NCBI GenBank assembly: GCA_021817985.1
Contig: JAKAFK010000005.1
Span: forward strand, 24,156-88,155
Length of the DNA: 64,000 nt
Reading direction: 5' to 3'
Source: Pseudomonadota bacterium
GTDB lineage: Bacteria; Pseudomonadota; Gammaproteobacteria; Burkholderiales; JAKAFK01
Positions 48,550-58,532 of the stretch are shown piece by piece. Numbering within the stretch: the stretch's first letter is position 1; the number at the start of each line of letters is the position of its first letter. The notes under the pieces are model-generated. The model saw only the letters and a program-made list of their open reading frames with translations. It did not search any database and was not told where the DNA came from. Made by a program: the position numbers and the translations under genes.

Positions 48550-49599
48550 TTAATGCTCATGCTGATGGTGGGCATCAGGAAAGTGCGGATGCGCATGGAT
48601 CAGCGGCGCATGACGATGCGGGTGCGTGTGCCGGGTGCCGGGTGGAATGGGCGTTTCGTGGGCATGCTGGTGGTGTTCGTCGTGGGTATGTTCGTGCTCA
48701 TGCTCCAAGGCCGCATGCGTATGGAGGTGCGCGTGGCGCTCCGTCAGGTGCAGCCAGACGCCCAGTCCCATCAGCGCGCCTGCCAGCAGTAGCCGGGTGG
48801 TGACCGGATCGCCCATGACGAACGCAAGCAGAGCGCCAAAAAACGGCGCGACGGAGAAATACGCCCCCGTGCGGGCCGTCCCCAGATGGCGCAAAGCCAC
48901 GACGTACAAGGCGAGGCTCACGCCGTAGGCGACCAATCCCAGCAACATCGCACCCGCGACATTCGGCCAGGCGGGAAGCGTCGCCCCCAAGGCCAGTCCC
49001 AAGGCAAGATTGACCGGCCCGGCGACAAGCCCTTTCATCGAGGCAATCCATGTCGCGTCGGCAAGAGAGACCTTGCGTGTCATGTTGTTGTCGAGGGCCC
49101 AGAAGAAACATGCGGCAAGGACCGCCAACGCCGGCCACAGGCCGGTCATGCGAACCTCGCCGGGCCAACTGAGGACCAGCGCACCGATGATGATGGCGGC
49201 CATGCCGAGCGCGATGCGACGGTCCCAGTTCTCGCGGAAGGCGAACCATGCGAGCAGCGCCGTGAACACGCCTTCCGCGTTGAGGAGGAGAGAGGCGCCG
49301 GAGGCCGCCATGCGGGTCAGCCCGAACATCAGCAGGACGGGGGCGACGATGCCGCCAGCCACGACGGCCCCCGCGAGCCAAGGGATCTCGGACCTGGGAA
49401 GGCGGGGACCCTTGCGACGGACGGCGTGGGAAAAAACGGTGAGTCCTATCCCCGAGCCGAGATAGAGCAGCCCGGCGAGGAGCCACGGGTTGACCGCATG
49501 GACCAGCAGCTTGGCGAGCGGCGTTCCCGCCCCGAAAAGCAGTGCGGCACCGAGCGCTGCGGCGATGCCGGGCTGGCGCCGCGCGCCGCGCGCCGTCAT
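48550..49599 (-). CDS. EamA/DMT-family permease with long His-rich C-terminal tail
   Basis: 349-aa ORF with two EamA-type five-TM repeats. It ends in HLTERHAHLHTHAALEHEHEHTHDEHHQHAHE...HTHPHRHAPLIHAHPHFPDAHHQHEH. It lies 51 nt downstream of the MerR-family gene on the same strand. Confidence 0.8.
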   Translation of the reverse strand: MTARGARRQPGIAAALGAALLFGAGTPLAKLLVHAVNPWLLAGLLYLGSGIGLTVFSHAVRRKGPRLPRSEIPWLAGAVVAGGIVAPVLLMFGLTRMAASGASLLLNAEGVFTALLAWFAFRENWDRRIALGMAAIIIGALVLSWPGEVRMTGLWPALAVLAACFFWALDNNMTRKVSLADATWIASMKGLVAGPVNLALGLALGATLPAWPNVAGAMLLGLVAYGVSLALYVVALRHLGTARTGAYFSVAPFFGALLAFVMGDPVTTRLLLAGALMGLGVWLHLTERHAHLHTHAALEHEHEHTHDEHHQHAHETPIPPGTRHTHPHRHAPLIHAHPHFPDAHHQHEH

Positions 49600-49650
49600 G
49601 CCCTGCCTCCTGCCACGGCGCGGGCCACGATGGAGGTCATCCGCTGCGCG

Positions 49651-50133
49651 TCACAACGGACTGTCTGTCCCACCCTGCGCCTCTCCTGCCAGAAAATCGC
49701 CGTGCTCGGCATGGCAAGGACACTTCCCCCCTGTTGCCGCCGTCAACAGGCTCTGCCAGATTCCGCATTGGGCAGCCGGCTGGGCGCCATGACAACGGGC
49801 CCGCAGCGCGAGCAGTCGTTTCTCGAGCAGCTGCAGGCCATCGAGCTGTCTGCGCACGGCGTCGATCTGCCGATCGATAAGCGCGTTGATCTCCGCGCAA
49901 CCCGCATCGGGTTTCGCCTGAAACCGCTGCAGTGCCTTAATTTCCATGAGCGACATGCCGAGCGAACGGCAATGCCGGATGAAGATGACCTGTCCGAGCT
50001 GGTCAGCCGTATAAATCCGGTAACCTCCAGCCGTTCTCGGCGGCTGCTCCAGGATCCCCTCCCGTTCATAGTAGCGGATGGTCTCGCGATCGCAGCCGGT
50101 GCGTTTGGCGAGTTCGCCGATCAGCATCTGCAT
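49651..50133 (-). CDS. MerR-family metal-responsive regulator (CadR/ZntR/PbrR-like)
   Basis: MQMLIGELAKRTGCDRETIRYYEREGIL is a MerR-type HTH. Metal-binding Cys residues sit in the dimerisation helix and loop (HCRSLG ... GKCPCH). Confidence 0.85.
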   Translation of the reverse strand: MQMLIGELAKRTGCDRETIRYYEREGILEQPPRTAGGYRIYTADQLGQVIFIRHCRSLGMSLMEIKALQRFQAKPDAGCAEINALIDRQIDAVRRQLDGLQLLEKRLLALRARCHGAQPAAQCGIWQSLLTAATGGKCPCHAEHGDFLAGEAQGGTDSPL

Positions 50134-50151
50134 TCTCCACTTTGCCGCCTC

Positions 50152-50182
50152 TTGACCCTGTAGCGGCTACAGGGCTTTAAAT
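50152..50182 (+). promoter_or_regulatory. MerR-type promoter: -35 TTGACC, 19-bp spacer holding a 9-1-9 palindrome, -10 TTAAAT
   Basis: The -35 TTGACC is at 50152-57. The palindrome CCCTGTAGC-G-GCTACAGGG spans 50156-74. The -10 TTAAAT is at 50177-82. A 19-bp spacer with a dyad operator is the hallmark of MerR-activated promoters. This one points toward czcD. Confidence 0.65.
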
Positions 50183-50223
50183 GAGCATACCGCATCTGAC
50201 ATCGGTATTGCACAGGAAATCGC

Positions 50224-51174
50224 ATGCACGCCCACCCCCACGATCATACCCATGACCATGGGCACCCGCACCACCACGGAACCCCTGGCGGTGCCCACGC
50301 GCAGGCCACGCGCGCTTTCCTGGTCGGCATCCTCCTCAATGGCGGGTTCGTCGTCCTTGAAGCGAGCTTCGGCGTCTTCTCCCATTCGCTCGCGCTGATC
50401 GCCGATGCCGGCCACAATTTAAGCGATGTGCTGGCCTTGGCGCTCGGATGGGGGGCCGCCGCGCTGGCCATGCGACCGCCAAGCCCGCAGTTTTCCTACG
50501 GGCTGCGCAGCTCGTCCATTCTTGCGGCGCTTGCCAATGCCCTCATCCTGCTGTTGGTCACTGGGGCGATCGGCTGGGCCGCCCTCTTGCGCTTAGGCGC
50601 CCCTCAGCCGGTTGCGGGGGCCACGATGATCGGGGTCGCGGCGATCGGCATCGTCATCAATGGCGCCACCGCGCTCATGTTTGCGGCCGGGCGCCGAACC
50701 GATTTGAATATCCGCGCAGCCTTCATGCACATGGCCTCCGACGCCCTCATCGCGCTGGGCGTGGTGCTCACGGGCGTGGCAATTCGGCTGACCGGCTGGA
50801 TGCTGCTCGATCCTATCGTCAGTCTGGCCATCTCCGCGCTGATCGTATGGAGTACCTGGGGCGTCCTGCGGGAAGCCGCGAACTTGGCGCTCCATGGAGT
50901 ACCGGCGGGCATCGACATTGAGGCGATCCGGGACTACCTCGCCCACGTGCCCGGCGTGGCCGAGGTCCACGATCTGCATGTCTGGGGCATGAGCACGACG
51001 GAGACGGCCTTGACCGCCCACCTGGTCATACCCTGCGGCCACCCGAACGACACCTTTATCAGCGAGTTGGCGCAAGCCCTGCGGGAGCGTTTTTCGATCG
51101 GGCATACAACGGTCCAGATCGAGCGCGGCGACGGGGCCGCGCCGTGCGTGCTCGCCCCCGATCACGTCGTTTAG
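50224..51174 (+). CDS. czcD: cation diffusion facilitator (CzcD/ZitB-type) metal efflux protein
   Basis: 316-aa ORF with a His-rich N-terminus (MHAHPHDHTHDHGHPHHHG), the CDF motif HSLALIADAGHNLSD, and a C-terminal cytoplasmic domain (HDLHVWG). Confidence 0.9.
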   Translation: MHAHPHDHTHDHGHPHHHGTPGGAHAQATRAFLVGILLNGGFVVLEASFGVFSHSLALIADAGHNLSDVLALALGWGAAALAMRPPSPQFSYGLRSSSILAALANALILLLVTGAIGWAALLRLGAPQPVAGATMIGVAAIGIVINGATALMFAAGRRTDLNIRAAFMHMASDALIALGVVLTGVAIRLTGWMLLDPIVSLAISALIVWSTWGVLREAANLALHGVPAGIDIEAIRDYLAHVPGVAEVHDLHVWGMSTTETALTAHLVIPCGHPNDTFISELAQALRERFSIGHTTVQIERGDGAAPCVLAPDHVV

Positions 51175-51176
51175 GA

Positions 51177-51209
51177 GGGGCCGCCTGATCGGGCATCGTG
51201 CCCGGCCCC
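51177..51209. terminator. GC-rich hairpin between convergent czcD and uspA
   Basis: GGGGCC...GGCCCC forms an outer stem around an inner GGGCA-TCG-TGCCC stem. It begins 3 nt after the czcD stop. There is no U-tract. Confidence 0.35.
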
Positions 51210-51222
51210 TGCGGCGGTGTGC

Positions 51223-51669
51223 CTACTCCCCGCGCACAAGCAGAACCGGGATCGACGCGGTGCGCACGACGCCATCGGCAACGCTTCCCAGGAACAACCG
51301 ATCCACGCCCCGACGCCCGTGCGTGCCCATCACGATGAGGTCGGCTCCCGAACGGGTGGCGTCCTCGGCGATGACCGTGGCAAGCCGTCCCATGGCAAGC
51401 TCCAGCAAGGCGGTCTCCGGGACGACGTCCAATTTTTCCGCATCGCGCTTTGCGCGCTCAAGCAGCCGATCCCCGGCTTCGCGCAGCGCACTCCGGAGGC
51501 TGTCGTAGTCGGGAATCCATCCCTGCGCGCCCAGCGCAATCATGCTCTCGTCGAGCACATGGACGATGCGCAAGGCGGCGCGCTGCTCCTTCGCCAGCCC
51601 GCATGCGAGTGCCAAGGCCTTGTCGGCGGTTGGGCTGCCGTCCACGGGAACCAGAATGTGTTTGAACAT
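51223..51669 (-). CDS. universal stress protein (UspA family)
   Basis: Lies within track ORF 51223..51819, with the ATG at 51669 6 nt after GGGAGG. MFKHILVPVDGS...ADLIVMGTHGRRG...GSVADGVVR are the typical Usp motifs. Confidence 0.85.
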   Translation of the reverse strand: MFKHILVPVDGSPTADKALALACGLAKEQRAALRIVHVLDESMIALGAQGWIPDYDSLRSALREAGDRLLERAKRDAEKLDVVPETALLELAMGRLATVIAEDATRSGADLIVMGTHGRRGVDRLFLGSVADGVVRTASIPVLLVRGE

Positions 51670-51976
51670 GAACGACCTCCCAGGCTGTCCGAAGCGTTGG
51701 ATCATGAAACGGATGGCCACGGCGTGAGCGGGCGACCCGCGTGTTGTCCCGTGATCCTGTCCGCCGTGCGTGCCACCTTTCAGCCTCTGACAATAGCGTA
51801 AGCGGGAGTCCTGGGGCAATAGGCGATCGAGCGGTGCAGGCCGCTTTTCCCCGCCCCTCCGGGGCGTCGCCGTTTGGCCCCATGCGGCTCAGCCCAACCA
51901 GAGGTCCGTTTGCCCAACCTCAGAAAACACAATGGCGGCCGGAAGCCGCCAATCGGGGACCCGATGCCCAATCCGG

Positions 51977-52792
51977 TCATGGTCTGCGGCGCCGCGCCCA
52001 GCCTAATCCGGCGAGGCCCAGACCGATCAGAGCCAGGGTCGCAGGTTCGGGAACGGTCCTCGGCGGTGTGACCGCCCCGCCGCGCACTTCGAAAAGAATC
52101 TGTCCAGGCGTGTTGTCGTTGGTGGCGCTGATCAACTGATCCGGGCCGCCATCCAAAAAGGCGCCGCTGATCCCTGAACCGGGCAACTCGTAGAACGTCC
52201 CAGGGTCGCCGCTGCCATTGGAGTATCCGACGTGGGCAGATTTGCCGCCGCTCGCGCTACCCGTATCCCACTGCATGGAGCCGTAATTGAAGCGGATATC
52301 GAAGTCGCCTGCACCGATGTCGGAGCGGTCTACGAGGATCAGTTGGAAATTGTCGCGCAGGCTGCTGGTCAACCCAAAGCCCGATACGTTGACCCAGTTC
52401 ACGCCGAACGCCGAACGGCCGCCGTAGCTGCCGGAGCCGTAGGTGACCGGGCTGCCGCCGTTGGAGGTATCCACGTCGGCGAAGAACGGCGCAATGATGG
52501 GGGTCGCGGTGTCCGTGGTGAGACCGAAGGGCGTGTAGGTCGTCATGCTGCTATCGAAGGTGATGTTGCCATTGTTGTTGATGTAAAACTGGCTGTAGGT
52601 GTTGCCGAAGAAATCCAGGTTGAACCCTGGGGTGATGAGCCCCGTGGAACCATCGTCATTGGCTGGGAAGGTGGTGCTGTTGAACCCCGGTGCGATGGGG
52701 CTTGCCCACGCGCCATTGGCTGCCAAAGCCAGCGCTCCAGCCAGAATCAGTGAAGGCAAAGGGTCCTTGCGTCTGCAAGACATGCTAAACAT
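51977..52792 (-). CDS. PEP-CTERM-anchored secreted protein with nidogen-like (NIDO) domain
   Basis: Track ORF 51977..52801. The ATG at 52792 lies 8 nt after AAGGAG. It has a signal peptide and a NIDO-like core (FFGNTYSQFYINNNGNITFD ... APFFADVDT). The C-terminus VPEPATLALIGLGLAGLGWARRRRP is a PEP-CTERM sorting signal. Confidence 0.8.
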   Translation of the reverse strand: MFSMSCRRKDPLPSLILAGALALAANGAWASPIAPGFNSTTFPANDDGSTGLITPGFNLDFFGNTYSQFYINNNGNITFDSSMTTYTPFGLTTDTATPIIAPFFADVDTSNGGSPVTYGSGSYGGRSAFGVNWVNVSGFGLTSSLRDNFQLILVDRSDIGAGDFDIRFNYGSMQWDTGSASGGKSAHVGYSNGSGDPGTFYELPGSGISGAFLDGGPDQLISATNDNTPGQILFEVRGGAVTPPRTVPEPATLALIGLGLAGLGWARRRRP

Positions 52793-52851
52793 GGCCGCCA
52801 CTCCTTTTAGTCTTGTCTATGAAAACGAAGCATGACTTCGTCCAAAACCCT

Positions 52852-52995
52852 GCGGTCCCGTCGGCAAGCCTAAGCACGCACGCCGGGCACGCCGCCGGCC
52901 GGAGAAGGAAATTCCGCATCAGTAGGCCTTGCGTCCCTGTCACGCCAGCTGGCGATTTTCCCCGCCGCAACGGCGCCGCGTTGCCTGCTCAAGAA
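52852..52995 (-). ncRNA. possible c-di-GMP-I (GEMM-I)-like riboswitch in the leader of the PEP-CTERM gene
   Basis: The minus strand contains CAGGCAAC...(hairpin with a GGGAAAAT loop)...ACAGGGACGCAAGGCC. This resembles the conserved GEMM-I cores CAGGGCAAACC and GGGACGCAAAGCC. GCAAGGCCTA can pair with the downstream TAGGCTTGC. The match was made by eye and is imperfect. Confidence 0.25.
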
Positions 52996-53429
52996 GCGAC
53001 ACGGCGTCATCTAATGGCGAAGCATAAAGCGAGCCCATGTTGCAACTTGTTGATCCTTATGTAATGTGTCAACGCGTGAGGACCGTCATGTAAAACATGC
53101 CGACACGAATATCCTGTTAATGTGGGACCAATGGCCTGTCGGTCGCGAGAAGGCGCCTTCCCGCGCGGCAGCGCCGTCTGGAACTGGATCGGATGGCGCG
53201 ACGGAGGGAATCCGTCGCGGCGGTATAGAAAACCGCGCCTGGGCTGAACTGGGTTGAAATTAGGCCAAGACGCCGACGAGGAGGCGGGGCCTCGGAGACC
53301 TGAGGGAGTCCAAGATGCGCACCGGCGCCCCACCCTCAAGCGCCTTGACGCTCCCGCAGGCACAGGAGAGCGTTTTGCCCGCGCAAGGGCACCTCGACGC
53401 TTCGGCGGGGGGCCATGCACCCGACGGGC

Positions 53430-53924
53430 TCAGCCTCGCCGGCTCGCAGGATCCTCTTTGGCGAATACGCGGGTCAGCAGAAGCACGCTTTCGATGACCC
53501 GATCGAGCTCTTCCGCCGACAGGGACGAGAGCCTCTCGGCAAGCTGTGCATGGGTGGCCGTGCGTGCCTGGTCGACCAACTTGGCCCCCGTCTCGCTCAG
53601 GCTGAGGCAGACGCGGCGACGCTCCTCGGGTGCCGGCACCCGCTGCACCCAGCCCGATCTCACCAACCGTTCCACCATCACCGAAGCCGTGGCCATCGCT
53701 ACGCCCTGATGGCGGGCCAGATCGGCCAACGACGCACCGGAGTGGCGCCGAAGGAACAGGAGCGCGCGAAACTGGGCAATGGACAAGGACGAGCGCGACT
53801 CGCGCATATGGGCGCGCACGAAGTCCATGACGAGCGGCAGGGCATCCAGGAGGGAGCGCGCGCACCGGTCCGGCAGCGCCCCGTTCGTTCCCGTCTGTAA
53901 GGATTTGTGCATGGTGCTGGTCAT
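53430..53924 (-). CDS. MarR-family transcriptional regulator
   Basis: 164-aa ORF with a winged-helix core (LSIAQFRALLFLRRHSGASLADLARHQGVAMATASVMVERLVRSGWV). It is divergent from the mdtA-like operon. Confidence 0.85.
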   Translation of the reverse strand: MTSTMHKSLQTGTNGALPDRCARSLLDALPLVMDFVRAHMRESRSSLSIAQFRALLFLRRHSGASLADLARHQGVAMATASVMVERLVRSGWVQRVPAPEERRRVCLSLSETGAKLVDQARTATHAQLAERLSSLSAEELDRVIESVLLLTRVFAKEDPASRRG

Positions 53925-53951
53925 TGAAAATGGAGTTCTGTAAGATTATGC

Positions 53952-53964
53952 GCTAATTGTTAGC
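53952..53964. promoter_or_regulatory. palindrome GCTAA-TTG-TTAGC in the AT-rich marR/mdtA divergent promoter region
   Basis: 13-bp dyad in the only AT-rich stretch between the two divergent genes. MarR proteins bind short palindromes of this kind. Confidence 0.3.
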
Positions 53965-54052
53965 ATAGCGAAATAATTACATTGCTTACAACGCGACGAA
54001 CCATTCACCATCGGACATCTCCTACATTAGATTCAGGCTGCAGGCACCCATT

Positions 54053-55363
54053 GTGAACGCTTCCCAACCCAACGCGCCCGATCCCCACTCCCCCACTCCC
54101 AAGCCCGCGCGCAACCGCACCCGCGCTTGGCTGATCCCCGGCCTGCTGGTCGCCATCGTGGTCGTGGCCGTGCTCGTCGTGACGCACCGCAGTGGCGCGC
54201 AGGATGGCCCGCGCCCTGGGGTCCGGATGGGGGGAGCCGTTCCGGTGAGTGCCGCGCCCTCGCGCAGGGAGGATGTGCCGATGTGGATCAGCGCCCTCGG
54301 GACGGTCACCGCCCGCAATCTCGTCAATGTCATGCCGCGAGTGAGCGGTTTGCTCCAAAGCGTGAATTACCGGGAAGGGCAAATGGTCAAATCCGGCCAA
54401 GTGCTCGCGGTGATCGACCCGCGTCCCTTCCGGATCGCAGTGGAGCAGGCGCGCGGGCAGCTCCTGCGCGACGAGGCGCAGCTCGTCGGCGCGCGGCGGG
54501 ACCTCGCGCGCTACAAGAGGCTCCTTGCGCAAAACTCCATCGCCGCCCAGCAGGTCGACGACGAGGCGGCCCTTGTGGCGCAGTATGCCGCGGCCACCGT
54601 GGCGGACCGTGCGGTGCTCGACAATGCGAAGCTCAATCTTGCCTATACCCGCATCACGGCGCCGATGAGCGGGCTGGCTGGCTTGCGCCCCGTCGATCCG
54701 GGCAACATGGTCACCCCTGCCGGGGTGGCGGGCCAGGGCGCCCCGCTGGCCGGCGGGAGCACGGCCGGCGGCGCCACGCCGATCGTGACGCTCGCCCAGG
54801 TACAACCGATTACGGTCACTTTCGCGCTTCCCCAGAAGCAGATCGGCCCGATCGTGCAAACGCTCCTCGCGGGCCGATCCCTGCCCGTGGAAGCATGGGA
54901 CGCGCAAGGGCAGCGGCTGCTCGCCACCGGTCGGCTTCTCGCTGCGGACAACGCGCTCAATACCGCGACCGGCACCCTGACCTTCAAAGCGGAGTTCGCC
55001 AACACGCCCCCCTCGCTTTACCCCAACCAGTTCGTCAACATCAGGCTGCGCGAAGGAACCCTTCATCGAGCCGTCGTGGTGCCTTCTACGGCGCTGGCGG
55101 TAGGGGCGCCGGGCACCTACGTTTATGTGGTCGGCCGCGACCACCGGGTGGCGGTGCGCAAAGTGACGCCGGGGGTGGAGGACGACGGGCAGACGGTGAT
55201 CCGGTCCGGATTGGGCGCGGGCGAATGGGTCGTGACCGACGGCCTCGACCGCCTGCGGGCCGGGGCGCGGGTCCGCATCGTGGCCGGGCGCGGGCAAGAC
55301 GGCACGGCAAAACCACGCCGTGCGCCGCGCACACCCCGCGCCAAGCCGGGAACCGCGGGATGA
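54053..55363 (+). CDS. mdtA: RND efflux membrane fusion protein, MdtA-like
   Basis: 436-aa ORF with a GTG start. It has an N-terminal TM segment and an MFP lipoyl/hairpin sequence ([30 protein letters not shown]...). Its stop overlaps the mdtB ATG (ATGA). Confidence 0.9.
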   Translation: MNASQPNAPDPHSPTPKPARNRTRAWLIPGLLVAIVVVAVLVVTHRSGAQDGPRPGVRMGGAVPVSAAPSRREDVPMWISALGTVTARNLVNVMPRVSGLLQSVNYREGQMVKSGQVLAVIDPRPFRIAVEQARGQLLRDEAQLVGARRDLARYKRLLAQNSIAAQQVDDEAALVAQYAAATVADRAVLDNAKLNLAYTRITAPMSGLAGLRPVDPGNMVTPAGVAGQGAPLAGGSTAGGATPIVTLAQVQPITVTFALPQKQIGPIVQTLLAGRSLPVEAWDAQGQRLLATGRLLAADNALNTATGTLTFKAEFANTPPSLYPNQFVNIRLREGTLHRAVVVPSTALAVGAPGTYVYVVGRDHRVAVRKVTPGVEDDGQTVIRSGLGAGEWVVTDGLDRLRAGARVRIVAGRGQDGTAKPRRAPRTPRAKPGTAG

Positions 55364-58300
55364 CCCCTGCATCGGGACAGGCGCCGCACCCGGCGGCCGA
55401 GCCGGCTGCCGGCCCCAATATCTCGCGGCTGTTCATCCTGCGTCCGATCGCCACCACGCTGCTGATGGTGGCGATCCTGGTGGCAGGCTTCGTCGGCTAT
55501 CGCCTGTTGCCCCAGGCGGCGCTGCCGGAAGTCGATTATCCCACGATCCAGGTCACGACCCTCTATCCCGGCGCGAGCCCAGATGTCATGACCTCCTCGG
55601 TCACCGCACCGCTCGAGCGTCAGTTTGGCCAAATGCCGGGCCTCGCCCAGATGTGGTCGGTCAGTTCAGGCGGGGCTTCCGTCGTCACCTTGCGTTTCGA
55701 CCTCGCGTTGCCGCTCGACGTCGCCGAACAGGAAGTCCAGGCAGCGATCAATGCCGCCTCCAGCTTCCTGCCCACCGACCTCCCCACCCCGCCCGTCTAT
55801 GCCAAGGTCAACCCGGCGGATGCGCCGGTCATCACCTTGGGACTCACCTCGGACACGCTGCCCCTGACCCAGCTCTATGACCTCGCGGATACGCGCCTGA
55901 CCCAGAAGCTTTCGGAAGTGCCGGGCGTAGGCCTCGTCACGCTCTCGGGGGGACACAAACCGGCGGTGCGCGTGCAAGTCAATGTGCGCGCTCTCGCCGC
56001 CCTGGGGATGAGCCTGGACAGCGTGCGCTCGGCCATCCAGACGGGCAACGTCAACACGCCCAAAGGCAGCATCGATGGGGCTAAACGGGCCTTCACCATC
56101 GATGCCAATGACCAGCTGCAAACGCCGCAGGCCTATCGCAACCTGATCATCGCCTACCAGAACGGAGCGCCGGTGAGGCTGGGCGATGTGGCCAGCGTGC
56201 GCCAGGCGGCGGAGAATGCCTGGCAGGAAGCTTGGGTCAACGGCAAACCGGGGATCGTGCTCAACGTGCAGCGCCAGCCCGGCGCCAACGTCATCGCCGT
56301 GGTCGATCGCATTCACGCCTTGTTGCCCAGCCTTTCCCAAAGCCTCCCCGGGGCCGCCCGCCTGACCGTCCTGTCCGACCGCACGGTGACCATACGCGCG
56401 GCGATCCAGGATGTGAAGTTCGAGCTCTTGCTGTCGGTGGCGCTGGTGGTGGCGGTGATCTTCCTCTTCCTGCGCAGCCCGCGGGCGACGTTCATTCCCG
56501 CCACGGCCGTCCCGCTTGCCCTGATCGGCACGTTTGGCGTGATCTATCTTGCGGGCTACTCGATCAACACGCTCACCCTGATGGCGCTCACCATCGCCAC
56601 CGGCTTCGTGGTCGACGACGCGATCGTCATGATCGAGAACATCGCCCGCCACATCGAGGCGGGCGAAGCGCCGCTCGACGCCGCCTTGAAGGGGGCCGGA
56701 CAGATCGGGTTTACCATCATTTCCCTGACCTTCTCCCTCGTCGCCGTGCTGATTCCGCTGCTCTTCATGGGCGATGTGGTGGGCCGTCTGTTTCGGGAGT
56801 TCGCCATCACCCTGGCGGTGACCATCGTCATCTCGGCGGCGGTTTCGCTCTCCTTCACGCCCATGCTCTGCGCACGCCTGCTGCGCCATGTGCCCAAGAG
56901 CGAGCAGGGCGATTTCTTCCGCGGGATGGGACAGGCCTTCGACCGCCTTGCCGATGGTTATGCGCAGGCGCTCACCTGGGTCTTGCGCCATCAGCGCGCG
57001 GTCCTCGCCGTCGCAGTCCTCACCCTGGTGGCCACCGTGGCCTTATACGCCGTCATCCCGAAGGGATTCTTTCCGGTGCAGGACACCGGGCTCATTCAGG
57101 GCATCACGGCGGCCCCTCCGACCCTGTCCTATCAGGCGATGGATCGGCGTCAGGCGGCCTTGGTCCAGGCCCTGGCGCACGACCCGGCGGTGGCGAGCAT
57201 TTCGTCCATCGTCGGCATCGACGGGACCAACACCACCATGAACAGCGGACGGCTGCTGATCACCCTCAAGCCCCTCGCCGACCGGGATCGCGTCGGCCCC
57301 GTCATTGCCCGACTCAACGCACGCGCCGCCGATGTGGGCGGCATCCGTCTATTCCTGCAGCCGGTGCAAGATCTCAGCATCGACGATCTGGTGAGCCGCT
57401 ATCCCTATCAATTCAGCGTTTCAGCCGTCACGGCCGCCCAGCTTTCGAATGCCGTGCAGGCCTTGTCGCAACGCCTGAAAGCGCTGCCCCAGCTTGCCGG
57501 CGTGACGACGGATGCTGAGAACGACGGCCTGCAAGCCTATATCGATGTCAATCGCGACGCCGCATCCCGCCTGGGCATCCCGATGAGCGAGATCGACAGC
57601 GTCCTCTACAGCGCCTTCGGCCAGCGGCTGGTGTCCACCATCTTCACCCAGTCCGCGCAGTATCGCGTCGTGCTCCAGGCGGCCCCCACCGCTTCGCGAG
57701 GGCTTGCGGCCTTCGATCAGCTGTATGTGCCGACCGCCAACGGCCAACCCGTCCCCTTGACCGCCATTGCCCGCATCGAAGAGCGAACCGCGCCGCTTGC
57801 CGTGGACCACCTGGGGCAATTTCCGGCAGCGCTGGTCTCGTTCCAGCCCGCGCCCGGCATCTCTCTGGGAGCGGCGGTGAAGGCCATCGAACGGGCTGCC
57901 GCGCAGGCGCGCCTCCCGGCGGCGGTCCAGATCCGCTTCCAAGGCGCCGCAGCGGCCTTTCAGGCGGCGCTCAGCAATCAATTGTGGCTGTTGCTTGCCG
58001 CCGTCGGGACGATCTATATCGTCTTGGGCGTGCTCTACGAGAGCTTCATTCATCCGGTCACCATCCTGTCCACCCTGCCGTCGGCCGGCATCGGCGCGCT
58101 GCTTGCACTGATGGCGACCGGCCACAACCTGACGGTGATTGCCATCATCGGCATCATCTTGCTCATCGGCATCGTGCAGAAAAACGCCATCCTGATGGTG
58201 GATTTCGCCCTGGATGCGCAGCGCCGCGAATCCCTGCCGGCAGCACAGGCGATCGTTCAGGCGGCCCGCCTGCGGCTGCGCCCCATCCTGATGACCACCT

Positions 58301-58524
58301 TCGCCGCCCTGTTCGGTGCCATCCCCCTGGCGCTGGCCACGGGGATGGGCGCGGAGCTGCGCCAGCCGCTCGGGATCACCCTGGTGGGCGGACTCCTGTT
58401 TTCGCAGCTGCTGACGCTGTTCACCACGCCGGTGATCTATCTGGCCTTCGACCGTCTGGCCGTCCACTGGGCAGCATGGCGCAAGCAGCACGTCGGGCCG
58501 TTGCCGGAACCGGCCGAGGACTGA
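55360..58524 (+). CDS. mdtB: RND multidrug efflux permease, MdtB-like
   Basis: The real gene starts at ATG 55360 inside the artefactual 1465-aa track ORF 54127..58524. The sequence [45 protein letters not shown] is a typical RND N-terminus. About 1054 aa. Confidence 0.9.
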   Translation: MTPASGQAPHPAAEPAAGPNISRLFILRPIATTLLMVAILVAGFVGYRLLPQAALPEVDYPTIQVTTLYPGASPDVMTSSVTAPLERQFGQMPGLAQMWSVSSGGASVVTLRFDLALPLDVAEQEVQAAINAASSFLPTDLPTPPVYAKVNPADAPVITLGLTSDTLPLTQLYDLADTRLTQKLSEVPGVGLVTLSGGHKPAVRVQVNVRALAALGMSLDSVRSAIQTGNVNTPKGSIDGAKRAFTIDANDQLQTPQAYRNLIIAYQNGAPVRLGDVASVRQAAENAWQEAWVNGKPGIVLNVQRQPGANVIAVVDRIHALLPSLSQSLPGAARLTVLSDRTVTIRAAIQDVKFELLLSVALVVAVIFLFLRSPRATFIPATAVPLALIGTFGVIYLAGYSINTLTLMALTIATGFVVDDAIVMIENIARHIEAGEAPLDAALKGAGQIGFTIISLTFSLVAVLIPLLFMGDVVGRLFREFAITLAVTIVISAAVSLSFTPMLCARLLRHVPKSEQGDFFRGMGQAFDRLADGYAQALTWVLRHQRAVLAVAVLTLVATVALYAVIPKGFFPVQDTGLIQGITAAPPTLSYQAMDRRQAALVQALAHDPAVASISSIVGIDGTNTTMNSGRLLITLKPLADRDRVGPVIARLNARAADVGGIRLFLQPVQDLSIDDLVSRYPYQFSVSAVTAAQLSNAVQALSQRLKALPQLAGVTTDAENDGLQAYIDVNRDAASRLGIPMSEIDSVLYSAFGQRLVSTIFTQSAQYRVVLQAAPTASRGLAAFDQLYVPTANGQPVPLTAIARIEERTAPLAVDHLGQFPAALVSFQPAPGISLGAAVKAIERAAAQARLPAAVQIRFQGAAAAFQAALSNQLWLLLAAVGTIYIVLGVLYESFIHPVTILSTLPSAGIGALLALMATGHNLTVIAIIGIILLIGIVQKNAILMVDFALDAQRRESLPAAQAIVQAARLRLRPILMTTFAALFGAIPLALATGMGAELRQPLGITLVGGLLFSQLLTLFTTPVIYLAFDRLAVHWAAWRKQHVGPLPEPAED

Positions 58525-58532
58525 TCGCCAGC

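Noticed and set aside
54127-55359. N-terminal approximately 410 codons of the 1465-aa track ORF 54127..58524
   Set aside because: This part lies out of frame inside mdtA and encodes Arg/Gly/Pro-rich sequence. RND-like sequence begins only at ATG 55360, which overlaps the mdtA stop. The same logic applies to the 5' extension of 57984..61634 before GTG 58533.
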